Assembly (NCBI GenBank): GCA_902533775.1
Contig: CACANA010000001.1
Location: 2,718-66,717, forward strand
DNA from: an uncultured Pelagibacteraceae bacterium
Lineage (GTDB): Bacteria > Pseudomonadota > Alphaproteobacteria > Pelagibacterales > Pelagibacteraceae
Direction of reading: 5' to 3'
Length of the DNA stretch: 64,000 nucleotides
Made by a program: the position numbers and the translations under genes. The notes under the pieces are model-generated. The model did not search any database. It saw only the letters and a list, made by a program, of their open reading frames with translations, and was not told where the DNA came from. Shown piece after piece: positions 47,890-58,780 of the stretch (positions within the stretch are counted from its first letter, which is position 1; each line of letters opens with the position of its first letter).

Positions 47890-48936
47890 TTAATTTTTTG
47901 TTCCAATAGCTTCAGAAATATTTTTAAAACCTTCTCTTTTTACAATTTCGTCGAGATCTTTATTAATCTTTGAAGCAATAGTTGGTCCTTTATAAACCAT
48001 ACCTGTATACAATTGCACAAGAGTTGCACCGCTTACAATTTTATTAAAAACGCCATCGGCAGAGTCAACGCCTCCAACTCCAATTATTAAGATTTTTTTT
48101 CCAACTAATTTAAAAAATTTATTAATCAATTCATTAGAGATATTTTCAAGTGGTTTTCCAGACAAACCGCCTTTCTCTAATTTATTTATATTAGATATAT
48201 TTTCTCTATTTCTATCTGTCGTATTTGAAACTATAACTATTTGAACATTATATTTTAAAAAAAGTTCTGAGATTTCATCAATACTTTTTTCATCAATATC
48301 AGGAGATACTTTGACTGCTATTGGCACATTTGAATTTAAATTTTTCTTTTCTTCATTTATGCATTTTAAAAGATTATCTAACTCTTCATTTTTGTGAAAG
48401 TTTCTTAAATTTTCTGTGTTAGGAGAAGAGATATTAATTGTAATATAGTCTGCTAAATTATGAAATTTTCTGAAACAAATTAAATAATCTTCAACTCTGT
48501 TTTCACTATCTTTATTAGGTCCTATATTAATACCAAGTAATCCATTAGGTGAATTATTTTCAATATTTTTTTTACTTTCTTCTGATCCAATATTGTTAAA
48601 TCCAAGTCTATTAATTAAAGCCTCATCTTCTTCCAATCTGAACACTCTTGGCTTCGGATTTCCTATTTGTGGTTTAGGTGTAATTGTACCTACCTCAACA
48701 AAACCAAATCCTAGTTTGTATAGAGGATTGTAAACTTCTGCATTTTTATCAAATCCAGCAGCAACACCTAGAGGAGAATTTAAGGTTTTGTTTAAAAATT
48801 TAGTTTGGATAGTAACTCTGGTTGTTTTATCTATAGCTGGTATCTGATTTAACTTTAAAGCCTTTATTGCTAGCGAGTGTGCCACTTCAGGGCTAAATTT
48901 AAATATAAAAGGTCTTATAAGATTAAACATTTTCAA
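47890..48936 (-). CDS. pyrD: quinone-dependent dihydroorotate dehydrogenase
   Basis: AAGFDKNAE, GNPKPRVFRL, INRLGFNN, NISSPNT, GGLSG. Confidence 0.95.
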   Translation of the reverse strand: MKMFNLIRPFIFKFSPEVAHSLAIKALKLNQIPAIDKTTRVTIQTKFLNKTLNSPLGVAAGFDKNAEVYNPLYKLGFGFVEVGTITPKPQIGNPKPRVFRLEEDEALINRLGFNNIGSEESKKNIENNSPNGLLGINIGPNKDSENRVEDYLICFRKFHNLADYITINISSPNTENLRNFHKNEELDNLLKCINEEKKNLNSNVPIAVKVSPDIDEKSIDEISELFLKYNVQIVIVSNTTDRNRENISNINKLEKGGLSGKPLENISNELINKFFKLVGKKILIIGVGGVDSADGVFNKIVSGATLVQLYTGMVYKGPTIASKINKDLDEIVKREGFKNISEAIGTKN

Positions 48937-50491
48937 CCTTTTTTCTTATCAATTCTTTGGTTTCATTTACTCCAAAAAAACTAATGAAGAAGCCCATTCT
49001 GGGTCCATTTTCGTCACCAAATACAACCTCATAGATAAGCTTAAACCATTCTCTTAAATTTTCTTTATAACCATTTTCTTTTCCTACGGTAAAAATATTT
49101 GTCTGAATATCTTCAGGAGCCATTTTATCATTACAATTATCTAAAGACTTAATTAATGCTTTCAGTGCAACTTTCTCTTTTTCATTTGGAGTTTTGTAAA
49201 TTTTTTTTGTTTTTATAACATCATTGAAATATTTTATTGCATATTCAATTAAATTATCAAAAATTGGATGATCATTTTCATTAATTTCTGACTTGTATTT
49301 TTTTACAAATTTCCAAAGTAATTGTTTGTTGTCCGCATTACTTGTTTCAACTAAATTTAAAAGCATTGAAAAAGTCATAATTGTATTTTCCTCTGGCATT
49401 GATCCATTATGTACATGCCAAACTGGATTCATTAACTTCTGTAAATCATTTTGAGTTTTTCCTTTTTCTATAAAATCTAGATATTCATCAACAGCTTTTG
49501 GAACAACTTCTCTGTACAATTTTTTTGCTCTTTTTGGATTTTGATACATGTAAAGAGATAGACTTTGAGGAGATGCATAATTCAGCCATTCATCTATAGT
49601 TACTCCATTACCTTTTGATTTAGATATTTTTTCACCTTTTTCGTCCAAAAAAAGTTCATACGCAAAACCAGATGGGTTAGATTTACCTAATGTTTTAATA
49701 ATCTTAGTTGAAAGAATTGCACTCTCAATTAAATCCTTTCCATACATTTCAAAATCAACATCTAAAGCGTACCATCTCATTGCCCAATCAACTTTCCATT
49801 GCAATTTGCAGTTCCCGTCTAAAATACTTTTTTCCAATTTTGATCCATTATTATCAAATATGATTTTAGAAGATTTAGAATCAATTTCTAAAACAGGTAT
49901 TTCAAGAACTTTTCCAGTTTCTGGGCATATTGGTAAAAAGGGGGAATAGGTTTTCTGTCTTTCTTTGCCTAAAGTTGGAAGGATTATTTCCATAATTTTT
50001 TCATAATTTTCTAGAACTAATTTTAGGGTGTCATTAAAATAACCAGACTTGTAGAGTTCTGTAGAACTTTTAAATGAATATTTGAATTTAAAATTATCAA
50101 GAAATTGTTTCAACATATTATTATTATGTTCTCCAAAACTACTAAACTTTTCAAATGGATCAGGGACATCCGTTAAAGGTTTGTGAAGATTAATTTTGAG
50201 CTTTTCTTGATTTGGAACATTTTCAGGTACTTTTCTAAGACCATCCATATCATCAGAAAATGTAATAATTTCCTTTGGAATATCTGTTAAATGATCAAGG
50301 GCGTTGACAATCATTGTCGTCCTTGCAACTTCTCCAAATGTACCTATATGAGGTAGACCACTAGGGCCATAACCAGTTTGTAAAACTATTTTATTTTTTT
50401 TTTCTATGTTCGATTTTCTCTCTCTTAATAGCTTTTTAGCCTCAACAAATGGCCAGGCGTTTGTTTTATCAAAATTTGTTTTGTCTATCAC
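48923..50491 (-). CDS. lysS: lysine--tRNA ligase, class I
   Basis: GYGPSGLPHIGT, KVDWAMRW, KISKSKGN, GPRMG. Confidence 0.95.
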   Translation of the reverse strand: MIDKTNFDKTNAWPFVEAKKLLRERKSNIEKKNKIVLQTGYGPSGLPHIGTFGEVARTTMIVNALDHLTDIPKEIITFSDDMDGLRKVPENVPNQEKLKINLHKPLTDVPDPFEKFSSFGEHNNNMLKQFLDNFKFKYSFKSSTELYKSGYFNDTLKLVLENYEKIMEIILPTLGKERQKTYSPFLPICPETGKVLEIPVLEIDSKSSKIIFDNNGSKLEKSILDGNCKLQWKVDWAMRWYALDVDFEMYGKDLIESAILSTKIIKTLGKSNPSGFAYELFLDEKGEKISKSKGNGVTIDEWLNYASPQSLSLYMYQNPKRAKKLYREVVPKAVDEYLDFIEKGKTQNDLQKLMNPVWHVHNGSMPEENTIMTFSMLLNLVETSNADNKQLLWKFVKKYKSEINENDHPIFDNLIEYAIKYFNDVIKTKKIYKTPNEKEKVALKALIKSLDNCNDKMAPEDIQTNIFTVGKENGYKENLREWFKLIYEVVFGDENGPRMGFFISFFGVNETKELIRKKVENV

Positions 50492-50577
50492 AACTACTTA
50501 AATATCCTTAATATCAGCCTTTTTAATAATTCATATAGAGTTGAAATTTATTTACCATAAAATAATGTCCATTCAAA

Positions 50578-52026
50578 ATGTCCAATTATAAAACTGTCTT
50601 TTTTACATTAGGGGTTTTGCAAATTATTTTAGGTCTTTCAATGATTGTACCTATTTTGGTTCAATTAACATTTGATCAAATTGATGCAGGATTTATCGGA
50701 TCAATGATTGTTACTATTGTTTTTGGATTTTTATTTTTCATTTCTAATTATGATCACGATAAAAAGATAAGTTTACCTCAAGCTTTTTTACTCACAGCAC
50801 TTTCGTGGTTAAGTATTGCTATATTTGGTTCTTTACCTTTAATTTTTTCTAGTACGGATTTGAGTTTTACAGATGCATTTTTTGAGAGCATGTCTGGTAT
50901 TACAACAACAGGATCTACAATTATAACGAATCTAAATGAAACATCTAAAGCGATATTACTTTGGAGAGGAATGTTACAATGGTTTGGTGGTATTGGAATT
51001 ATCGTAATGGCAATCACTTTAATGCCTTTAATGAATATAGGGGGTATGCAACTTTTCAATATTTCATCTAATGATACTTCTGAAAAAATTTTTCCTAAAA
51101 CTAAAGAAGTTTCTTTGAGATTATTGTCTATATATTCCTTATTAACTTTAACTTGTGCTTTTTTTTATTTTATATTTGGGATGAGTTTTTTTGATAGCAT
51201 CGTACACGCTATGACAACAATAGCGACTGGAGGTTTTGCAAATTATAATGAATCTATAGGTTATTTTAACAGCTCGTTAATAGAAATTAATGCAATAATA
51301 TTTATTATTCTTGGAAGTATACCTTTTATTAGTTACATCAAATACTTGGCTGGAGATAAGAAAATATTTTTCAAAGACACGCAAATAAAAACTTTTATAA
51401 TTTTGGTTATTATTTCAATTCTTTTAATGTTTTTTTATTTATCTGTTATAAATAAAAGCTTAACTGAGATAAGTTTTTTGTCTGTTAGCTTTAATATAAT
51501 TTCTATTTTAACTGGAACAGGGTATGCTACAGAAAATTTTAGTAATTGGGGTCAATTTCCACTAGTATACTTCATAATTTTAATGTTCATTGGCGGCTGT
51601 GCAGGCTCTACAACTTGCGGAATAAAGATTTTTAGAGTTCAAATTTTATATCAATTCATATCAAATCAGCTGAAAAAAATAATTTACCCTCGAGGAATTT
51701 TCAAAATTAAATATCAAAATAATAATGTGGATGAAAAATTTATGGACTCAATTATTTCTTTTATATTTCTTTATATATTAATATTTTTTGTTGTGACTGC
51801 GCTTTTATCGCTTGATGGATTAAATTTTATTACTGCAATTTCAGCAGCTGCCACGTCAATTTCAAATGTTGGTCCAGGTTTAGGTGATATTATTGGTCCA
51901 AACGGAAGTTTTTCAAGCCTGTCTGATTTTTCTAAATGGGTTCTCAGTGCTGCAATGATACTTGGAAGGTTGGAATTATTTGCAATTCTAGTATTATTCA
52001 TTCCATCTTTTTGGAGAAAATATTAA
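50578..52026 (+). CDS. trkH: Trk potassium uptake membrane protein
   Basis: FESMSGITTTG, TIATGGF, GGCAGSTTCGIK, SNVGPGLG, GRLE. Confidence 0.93.
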   Translation: MSNYKTVFFTLGVLQIILGLSMIVPILVQLTFDQIDAGFIGSMIVTIVFGFLFFISNYDHDKKISLPQAFLLTALSWLSIAIFGSLPLIFSSTDLSFTDAFFESMSGITTTGSTIITNLNETSKAILLWRGMLQWFGGIGIIVMAITLMPLMNIGGMQLFNISSNDTSEKIFPKTKEVSLRLLSIYSLLTLTCAFFYFIFGMSFFDSIVHAMTTIATGGFANYNESIGYFNSSLIEINAIIFIILGSIPFISYIKYLAGDKKIFFKDTQIKTFIILVIISILLMFFYLSVINKSLTEISFLSVSFNIISILTGTGYATENFSNWGQFPLVYFIILMFIGGCAGSTTCGIKIFRVQILYQFISNQLKKIIYPRGIFKIKYQNNNVDEKFMDSIISFIFLYILIFFVVTALLSLDGLNFITAISAAATSISNVGPGLGDIIGPNGSFSSLSDFSKWVLSAAMILGRLELFAILVLFIPSFWRKY

Positions 52027-53399
52027 TGTTTGAAAAAAAACAAACTTGGTCAGAATCTATTTTAGTTTACAAGGATATTCGAATGCTAAGAATATTACTT
52101 CTTGGTGCAATTAGTGGATTTCCTTGGGTTTTAATTGCCAGCAGTTTAAGCCTTTGGCTAAAAGAAGAAGGTTTAAGTAGATCAACTATTGGATGGGCAG
52201 GTTTAATATTTGGGGTGTACGCCTTTAATTATTTGTGGGCACCAATAATTGATAGAATACAAATTCCATTTTTAACAAAAAGATTAGGGCATCGACGAGG
52301 CTGGATTGTCCTTATGCAAATTATAATTTTATTTAGTTTAATTGTTTGGAGTTTTATTAACCCTACAGAAAATTTGGCGTTACTAATTAGTGTTGGATTA
52401 GTTATAGCAATTGCTTCGGCTACACAAGATATTACAGTTGATGCGTTGAGAATCGAACAAATTAATGCTAATGAAGGAAAGTCTATGGCAGCAGGTGCTG
52501 CTATGGCTGTAGTTGGATGGTGGACCGGATATAAGTTAGGTGGTGTTATAGCATTGTTTACTGCCGAATTTTTTCAAAACATTGGAATTGAAGATTACTG
52601 GCAAACTACTTTTTTAGTTCTTGGCGTTGTAGTAATCCTGATGAATATAGGTTTAATGTTTATACACGAGCCTATAACAACAGATAGGCAAAACAAACAA
52701 AAAGAAACAGACGAAATAATACAATCAAAACTTGGATCAAATAATGTAATAACAAAATTTGTTGCTTATATTACTGGTACAATAGGAGGTCCAATAATTA
52801 GTTTTTTCAAAAAAAATGGTTTCTCAATTGCAGTTGGAATCCTTGGCTTTGTCTTTCTTTTTAAAATTGGAGAAGCCTTTCTTGGAAGAATGTCCATAGT
52901 TTTTTATAAAGAGGTAGGATTTTCAAAAGGTGAAATAGCGATATACTCTAAAACTCTAGGCTGGATAACGACAGTTGTATTTACATTATTAGGTGGAATA
53001 TTTGCTATGAGAGCTGGCACAATAAAAACAATGTTTGTTGCTGGTGGATTTATGGCAGCAACAAATTTATTATTTGCTGCTCTAGCGTGGTCAGGAAAAT
53101 CTGAATGGTTGTTTGCTTTAGCGGTTATTGCTGATGATATATCTGCAGCATTTGCAACTGTTGCTTTCGTAGCCTTTATCTCTCTTTTAGTGGATAGGAC
53201 TTATACCGCTACACAGTATGCACTTCTAGCTTCAATTGGAACTGCAGGAAGAACGACACTTGCTTCTTCATCGGGTGCTTTAGTTGATTGGCTAAATGGA
53301 GACTGGGGAACTTTTTTTATAATTACTACTTTAATGGTCATCCCATCCTTAATTTGTTTATGGTTTATAAGGAATAAAATTAAAATTGGTGCAAAATAG
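52026..53399 (+). CDS. ampG: AmpG-family muropeptide MFS transporter
   Basis: LLGAISGFPW, LWAPIID, GHRRGW, ASATQDITVDALRIE, YTATQYAL; start taken at ATG 52026 (TAATG coupling with trkH). Confidence 0.88.
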   Translation: MFEKKQTWSESILVYKDIRMLRILLLGAISGFPWVLIASSLSLWLKEEGLSRSTIGWAGLIFGVYAFNYLWAPIIDRIQIPFLTKRLGHRRGWIVLMQIIILFSLIVWSFINPTENLALLISVGLVIAIASATQDITVDALRIEQINANEGKSMAAGAAMAVVGWWTGYKLGGVIALFTAEFFQNIGIEDYWQTTFLVLGVVVILMNIGLMFIHEPITTDRQNKQKETDEIIQSKLGSNNVITKFVAYITGTIGGPIISFFKKNGFSIAVGILGFVFLFKIGEAFLGRMSIVFYKEVGFSKGEIAIYSKTLGWITTVVFTLLGGIFAMRAGTIKTMFVAGGFMAATNLLFAALAWSGKSEWLFALAVIADDISAAFATVAFVAFISLLVDRTYTATQYALLASIGTAGRTTLASSSGALVDWLNGDWGTFFIITTLMVIPSLICLWFIRNKIKIGAK

Positions 53400-54132
53400 T
53401 TTTTTTTTAAAAGAGCCTTTTGTCGATATATTAGAGGAACCAAAGAAGAACTCTAATGTTAGCTCTCAACTTATCTACGGTGAGAGTTTTAAAATAATTA
53501 GTAAAAAAAATAATTATTTTAAAATAAAGACTTCATATGACAAATATTCAGGCTTTATAAAAAAAATTGATAGCTACGAAAAATTCAATCCAACTCACAA
53601 AGTTGGAATTTTAAAAGCTAGAATTTATTTAGGTAATAAAAAAAAGAAATCAAAAAAGTTTTTACCATTTACGAGCAAAATACAAATTTTAAAAAAGGAT
53701 CAAAATTTCATTATGTATAAAAAAGATAAATGGCTAAGATCAAAAGACATATTTCCAATCCAAAAAAAAAATTCTGATTTTGTAAAGATATTTAAAAGTT
53801 TTCTAAATTGTAAATATAAATGGGGCGGAAAAACATTCGAAGGAATTGATTGTTCTGCTCTATTACAAATATTTTATAAATTTAATAATAATTTTTTTCC
53901 AAGAGACACTATTGATCAAGTTAAATTAAAAAAAGGTGTGGGATACAAAAAAAAATTTAAAAAAGGTGATATTATTTTTTGGAAAGGACATGTTGCTATA
54001 TGCATCAATACAAATGATCTTATCCACGCTTATGGTCCAAAAAAAAGAGTGATCATAATGCCAATTAAAAAAACGATAAAACTAATTAAAGAAACTGCGA
54101 AATTAGATGTAAAGAAAGTAACAAGGATCTGA
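53386..54132 (+). CDS. NlpC/P60 (C40) peptidase with SH3-like N-terminus
   Basis: SQLIYGE, YKWGGK..GIDCS, PRDT..Q, WKGHV, IHA. Confidence 0.85.
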   Translation: MVQNSFFLKEPFVDILEEPKKNSNVSSQLIYGESFKIISKKNNYFKIKTSYDKYSGFIKKIDSYEKFNPTHKVGILKARIYLGNKKKKSKKFLPFTSKIQILKKDQNFIMYKKDKWLRSKDIFPIQKKNSDFVKIFKSFLNCKYKWGGKTFEGIDCSALLQIFYKFNNNFFPRDTIDQVKLKKGVGYKKKFKKGDIIFWKGHVAICINTNDLIHAYGPKKRVIIMPIKKTIKLIKETAKLDVKKVTRI

Positions 54133-54133
54133 A

Positions 54134-55027
54134 TTACTCTCGACCAAAATCAGGTTTAGAAATATCTTGTTTTTGAGAAATTATTTGTTTTCTTACTACT
54201 TTCGAATTGATTAATTTTTTTATTATCTTTGAATTTTCTTTCTTACTTATATTCTTCTTAAAATCTTTTAAATTTTTCATAAAAAGGTTTATTGCTTCAA
54301 TCATATTAGTTTTATTCTCGAAAAATATGTCTCTCCACATTATTTCGTTGGAAGCAGCAATTCTTGAGAAATCTCTTAATCCACCTGCACTAAATTTAAT
54401 TAAATTTTTATTCTTTTTTTTCTGAAAATCCTGAGCAGTTTTTATTAAATTGTAAGCTATCAAGTGAGGTAGATGGCTAGTGACTGAAAAAATTTTATCA
54501 TGATCATCGGGGTTCATAATAATTATTTTAGATCCTAAAGATTTCCAAAATCTCTCTACTTTTTTTTGTTTTAGAACATTTTTATCTTTTATTATTATGC
54601 ACCACTTGTTTTTGAACAAATTAGCATTACCATATTTGGGCCCACTAACTTCGGATCCTGATATAGGATGACTCATCACCCAATCAAGATTTTTTGATAA
54701 TTTTTTTTTTTTTAAAGAAATTAGATTTTTTTTTGTTGAACCAACGTCAATTATAATTGAATTATGATTGAGATTTTTATTTAATGACGAAAAAAATTTA
54801 GGATATTCACTCATAGGAGTGCTTAAAATCACAAGATCAATTTTATTTAAATTTTTATCTAACCTTTTTAAAAATTTAATTTTTTTGTTAAATTTTTTAA
54901 TAATAGATTTATATTTTTTTGATTTTTCAAATACAAAAAAATTTTTAGAAATTTTTTTTTGTATTGAAGCCTTTAATATTGATGAGCCTATTAATCCGCA
55001 ACCAATAATAAGAATATTATTAAACAT
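54134..55027 (-). CDS. tyrA: prephenate/arogenate (cyclohexadienyl) dehydrogenase
   Basis: GCGLIGSS, DVGSTK, HPISGSE, HDKIFSVTSHLPHL, AGGLRDFSRIAAS. Confidence 0.9.
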   Translation of the reverse strand: MFNNILIIGCGLIGSSILKASIQKKISKNFFVFEKSKKYKSIIKKFNKKIKFLKRLDKNLNKIDLVILSTPMSEYPKFFSSLNKNLNHNSIIIDVGSTKKNLISLKKKKLSKNLDWVMSHPISGSEVSGPKYGNANLFKNKWCIIIKDKNVLKQKKVERFWKSLGSKIIIMNPDDHDKIFSVTSHLPHLIAYNLIKTAQDFQKKKNKNLIKFSAGGLRDFSRIAASNEIMWRDIFFENKTNMIEAINLFMKNLKDFKKNISKKENSKIIKKLINSKVVRKQIISQKQDISKPDFGRE

Positions 55028-56102
55028 TTTTAAAAATAGTATTCATTCTTTTAAGGAATATTTGGTTTTCTTTTGTGTTGCCAATTGTAAGTCTTAGACA
55101 ATTTTTTATGCCATATGAATTCATTTCTCTTAGTATAATTCCATATTTCTGTAATTTTTTTAAAGTTGTATCTGCGGTAAATTTTGCTTTTTTGAAATCT
55201 AACAAAAAGAAATTTCCAGATATTTTGTTTGTACCAATATTATATTTTAACATCTCATTTTTAATTTTTTTGCACCATTTAAGATTATGTATTACGGACT
55301 TTTTAACAAATTTATCATCTTTAAGTGATTCAACAGCACAAATTTGAGCAAATTTATTTACATTAAAAGGTGGTTTAATTTTATATAATTCTTTAATTAT
55401 AGATTTATCACCGTATCCCCAGCCTATCCTTAGTGAAGCTAGACCATAGATTTTTGAGAATGTTCTTAAAATAAATACATTTTTAGAGTTTTTAAATAAT
55501 TCAATTCCAGATTTGTAATCTTTATTCTTCATATATTCAAAATATGCATCATCAACAACCAATAAAATATTTTTATTTAATCTTCTCCTTAAGTCTAATA
55601 GCTCGTTTTTTGTTAAATAAGTGCCTGTTGGATTATTTGGATTTGCAATAAAAACAATTTTTGTTTTTTTTGATGTCTTTTTAAGAATTTCTTTAACTGA
55701 AACTTTAAAATTAATTTCTTTAGCTAATTTTACATTTGCCCCAACGATTTTGGAGTATATCCTATACATGAGGAAACTGTACTGAGGAACAACAACTTCA
55801 TCATTTTCTCTAAGGAACAATTGACAAAGCATTTGAATTACTTCATCAGAACCAGAGCCACAAATTATCTTGGATTTATCACAACCATACTTCTTTGATA
55901 TTTTTTGTGTTAATTCCGAAAATTTACTGTCTGGATATTTTGATATATCAAATTTAGACTTAACAATTTTTTCGACATTTTTACTGAAACCTAAAGCAGA
56001 TTCATTTGCAGATAACTTAATAATATTTTTATTACCAGCCAACAAGGATTTTCCTGGTTTGTAACTCTGTAATTTTATGTTTTTAAATCTTAGCGCTGTC
56101 AT
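55020..56102 (-). CDS. hisC: histidinol-phosphate aminotransferase
   Basis: KLSANE, GSGSDE, ANPNNPTG, RTFSKIYGLASLRIGW. Confidence 0.92.
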   Translation of the reverse strand: MTALRFKNIKLQSYKPGKSLLAGNKNIIKLSANESALGFSKNVEKIVKSKFDISKYPDSKFSELTQKISKKYGCDKSKIICGSGSDEVIQMLCQLFLRENDEVVVPQYSFLMYRIYSKIVGANVKLAKEINFKVSVKEILKKTSKKTKIVFIANPNNPTGTYLTKNELLDLRRRLNKNILLVVDDAYFEYMKNKDYKSGIELFKNSKNVFILRTFSKIYGLASLRIGWGYGDKSIIKELYKIKPPFNVNKFAQICAVESLKDDKFVKKSVIHNLKWCKKIKNEMLKYNIGTNKISGNFFLLDFKKAKFTADTTLKKLQKYGIILREMNSYGIKNCLRLTIGNTKENQIFLKRMNTIFKNV

Positions 56103-56164
56103 AGTAAATATTTCACTATAAATAGTCTTTTAACTAGATAAAACAATAATTAATTGAGCAATAT

Positions 56165-56193
56165 TTGACATATAAATTCCTTTGAAGTAAAAA
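56165..56193 (+). promoter_or_regulatory. sigma70 promoter of the metX leader
   Basis: TTGACA(56165)-N17-TAAAAA; predicted start falls at the riboswitch 5' end. Confidence 0.55.
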
Positions 56194-56197
56194 CTCC

Positions 56198-56246
56198 ATG
56201 CGCTGATTTATACTGAATTGCGAGCGCTATAAAAAAACCGCTAAAA
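56198..56246 (+). ncRNA. SAM-II riboswitch
   Basis: GCGCTGATTT...TTGCG AGCGC ...CGCTAAAA: P1 GCGCT/AGCGC and pseudoknot TTGCG/CGCTAA, the SAM-II consensus, upstream of metX. Confidence 0.88.
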
Positions 56247-56282
56247 TGTTTTTTTTCTCACAATTCAATCAGTACAATTACT

Positions 56283-57416
56283 ATGAATAAGAATATTGAT
56301 ACAAAAAAAATAATTATATCAAATCCCCTTAAATTGGATTGTGGTAAGGAAATTAATAACTTTCCAATAGCATATGAGACATATGGGGAATTAAACAGTG
56401 AAAAAAGTAATGCAATATTAGTTTTCCATGCTTTGACTGGAGATCAATATGTTTCTGGAAAAAACCCAATAACTAATAAAGATGGTTGGTGGAGTTATGT
56501 TGTTGGAGAAAATAAGCCAATTGATACAAATAAATTTTTTGTGATTTGTGCAAACGTTATTGGAGGCTGTATGGGATCTTATGGACCTAGTACAATAAAT
56601 GAGTCCACTGGTAAACAAATAGGAACTGATTTTCCAATTATAACTATTAACGACATGGTTAACGCTCAATATGAGCTAATTAAATATTTAGAAATTGAAA
56701 AACTTTTTGCTGTAGTAGGTGGTTCAATGGGTGGAATGCAAGTACTTCAATTTGTTGCCAATTTTCCAGATAAAGCAAAACTTGCAATACCGATTGCTTG
56801 CACATCCAGTCACTCTGCACAAAACATAGCGTTTAATGAATTAGGGAGACAGGCAATTATGGCTGACAGTAAGTGGGAAAATGGATTTTATAGTAATTAC
56901 AAATTAAATCCTGACAAAGGGTTAGCGGTAGCAAGAATGGCAGCACATATTACTTATCTTTCTGAAAAAGGATTGCAGGAAAAATTTGGAAGAAAATTGC
57001 AAGATAGGGATAGCCTAAGATATGGATTTGAGGCAGATTTTCAAATTGAGAGTTATCTTAGATACCAAGGATCTGTGTTTGTTGATAGATTTGATGCTAA
57101 TAGTTATTTATATATAACTCGTGCAATGGATTATTTTGACTTATCCAAACAGTACAAAGGAAACTTATCTGATGCATTCAAAGAAACTAAAACAAAATTT
57201 TTTGTAATATCATTTACATCAGATTGGTTGTATCCAACATCGGAGAATAGAGAAATAGTTATAGCACTAAATTCTATTGGTGCAGATGTCGGATTTGTAG
57301 AAATAGAATCTGATAAGGGGCATGACTCATTTTTGCTCGATGTTCCAAGTTTCCTAAAGACACTTGGCGATTATATTAATTCAACTTACAAAGTTATAAA
57401 TGAAAGAAGAATTTAA
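56283..57416 (+). CDS. metX: homoserine O-acetyltransferase
   Basis: [36 protein letters not shown]. Confidence 0.95.
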   Translation: MNKNIDTKKIIISNPLKLDCGKEINNFPIAYETYGELNSEKSNAILVFHALTGDQYVSGKNPITNKDGWWSYVVGENKPIDTNKFFVICANVIGGCMGSYGPSTINESTGKQIGTDFPIITINDMVNAQYELIKYLEIEKLFAVVGGSMGGMQVLQFVANFPDKAKLAIPIACTSSHSAQNIAFNELGRQAIMADSKWENGFYSNYKLNPDKGLAVARMAAHITYLSEKGLQEKFGRKLQDRDSLRYGFEADFQIESYLRYQGSVFVDRFDANSYLYITRAMDYFDLSKQYKGNLSDAFKETKTKFFVISFTSDWLYPTSENREIVIALNSIGADVGFVEIESDKGHDSFLLDVPSFLKTLGDYINSTYKVINERRI

Positions 57417-57996
57417 CATTATATCTAATTTAATAGAGGAAAATACTAGAGTTCTAGATGTCGGTTGTGGCAATGGAGACTTGATGAAATTTTTACAAGA
57501 AAACAAAACTAAAGATATTCGTGGATTAGAAATTTCTAAAGAAAAAGTTCAAAATTGTTTATCAAAAGGATTAACCGTAATTGAGGGGAATGCTGAAAGC
57601 GATTTAAAACAATTTCCTAAATCGTCTTTTGATTACGTTATTTTAAGCCAAACATTACAAGCTTTTCTTAATCCTGAAATAGTAATTAATGAATTACTTA
57701 AAGTAGGAAAAAAAGTAATTGTTACTATACCTAATTTTGGTTACTGGAGAGTTAGACTACAATTATTGTTTAAAGGCACAATGCCTGTAACAGAAAATTT
57801 ACCTCATGAATGGTACAATACACCAAATTTACATATGTGCACAATTAAAGATTTTTATAATTTTTGCAGTGCTAAGAATATTAAAATATTTAAATCTATC
57901 GCTTTAAAAAAAAGTCGAATTTCAGAGATAAATGAGTCAAATTTAAATTATAAAAATCTTGACTCTCACTTAGGTATATTTTTAATAGAAAGTTAA
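57400..57996 (+). CDS. metW: methionine biosynthesis protein MetW
   Basis: [30 protein letters not shown]. Confidence 0.92.
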   Translation: MKEEFNIISNLIEENTRVLDVGCGNGDLMKFLQENKTKDIRGLEISKEKVQNCLSKGLTVIEGNAESDLKQFPKSSFDYVILSQTLQAFLNPEIVINELLKVGKKVIVTIPNFGYWRVRLQLLFKGTMPVTENLPHEWYNTPNLHMCTIKDFYNFCSAKNIKIFKSIALKKSRISEINESNLNYKNLDSHLGIFLIES

Positions 57997-58716
57997 ATGA
58001 AAGTGGAAATTATTAAGTGTCTGGAAGATAATTTTTCTTACATATTAATTAATGAAGCTAATAGAAATTGTTGTGTTGTTGATCCTGGTGAAGCAGATCC
58101 AATTATAAATTATTTAGAGAAAAATAAATTAAATTTAAAATATATATTAAATACACATCATCATCATGACCATGTTGGTGGGAATGAGGAATTAAAAAAA
58201 AAATTTAATGCAGAAGTAGTAGGTTATATTGGAGATAAAAACAGAATACCTCAAATTGATATTTGCTTAAAAGATGGTGAAATTTGGAAAGAAGATATTT
58301 TTGAAGCAAAAATATATCATGTCCCTGGTCATACAATAGGTCATATCTGTTTTCATTTTTTTAAAAATAAATTAATTTTTACAGGAGATACTTTATTTTC
58401 TTTGGGATGTGGAAGAATTTTTGAAGGGAGTTATGAGCAAATGTACAACTCACTACAAATTTTAAAAAATTTAGATAAAGATACAAAAATTTATTGTGGA
58501 CACGAGTATACTTTAAAGAATTCTGAATTTTGTTTAGCACAAGATTCCAATAACAATGAATTACTAAACAAAATTAAAGAAATTAAAGAAAAAATTAAGC
58601 AAGGAAAAACTAGTATGCCATCGACGATTGGTGTGGAACTTAATTGTAACATTTTTCTTAAGTCAAACGATCTAGAAAATTTCAAAAAATTGAGGGATTT
58701 AAAGGATAATTTCTAA
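57997..58716 (+). CDS. gloB: hydroxyacylglutathione hydrolase (glyoxalase II)
   Basis: THHHHDHVGG, PGHT.GH, FTGDTLF..GCGR, CGHEYT. Confidence 0.93.
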   Translation: MKVEIIKCLEDNFSYILINEANRNCCVVDPGEADPIINYLEKNKLNLKYILNTHHHHDHVGGNEELKKKFNAEVVGYIGDKNRIPQIDICLKDGEIWKEDIFEAKIYHVPGHTIGHICFHFFKNKLIFTGDTLFSLGCGRIFEGSYEQMYNSLQILKNLDKDTKIYCGHEYTLKNSEFCLAQDSNNNELLNKIKEIKEKIKQGKTSMPSTIGVELNCNIFLKSNDLENFKKLRDLKDNF

Positions 58717-58780
58717 GTTATTAACCTTGACTATGATGCAACCCAGACTATATTGCTCACTATAAAAATCAGGGTTAACT

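Noticed and set aside
51936-52025. 30-aa N-terminal extension of ampG given in the ORF track
   Set aside because: It overlaps the trkH 3' end; ATG 52026 with TAATG coupling is the more plausible start
56246-56290. Phe/Tyr-rich uORF as an aromatic-amino-acid attenuator for hisC-tyrA
   Set aside because: It is on the opposite strand from hisC-tyrA, and F/Y/N enrichment is expected in AT-rich DNA
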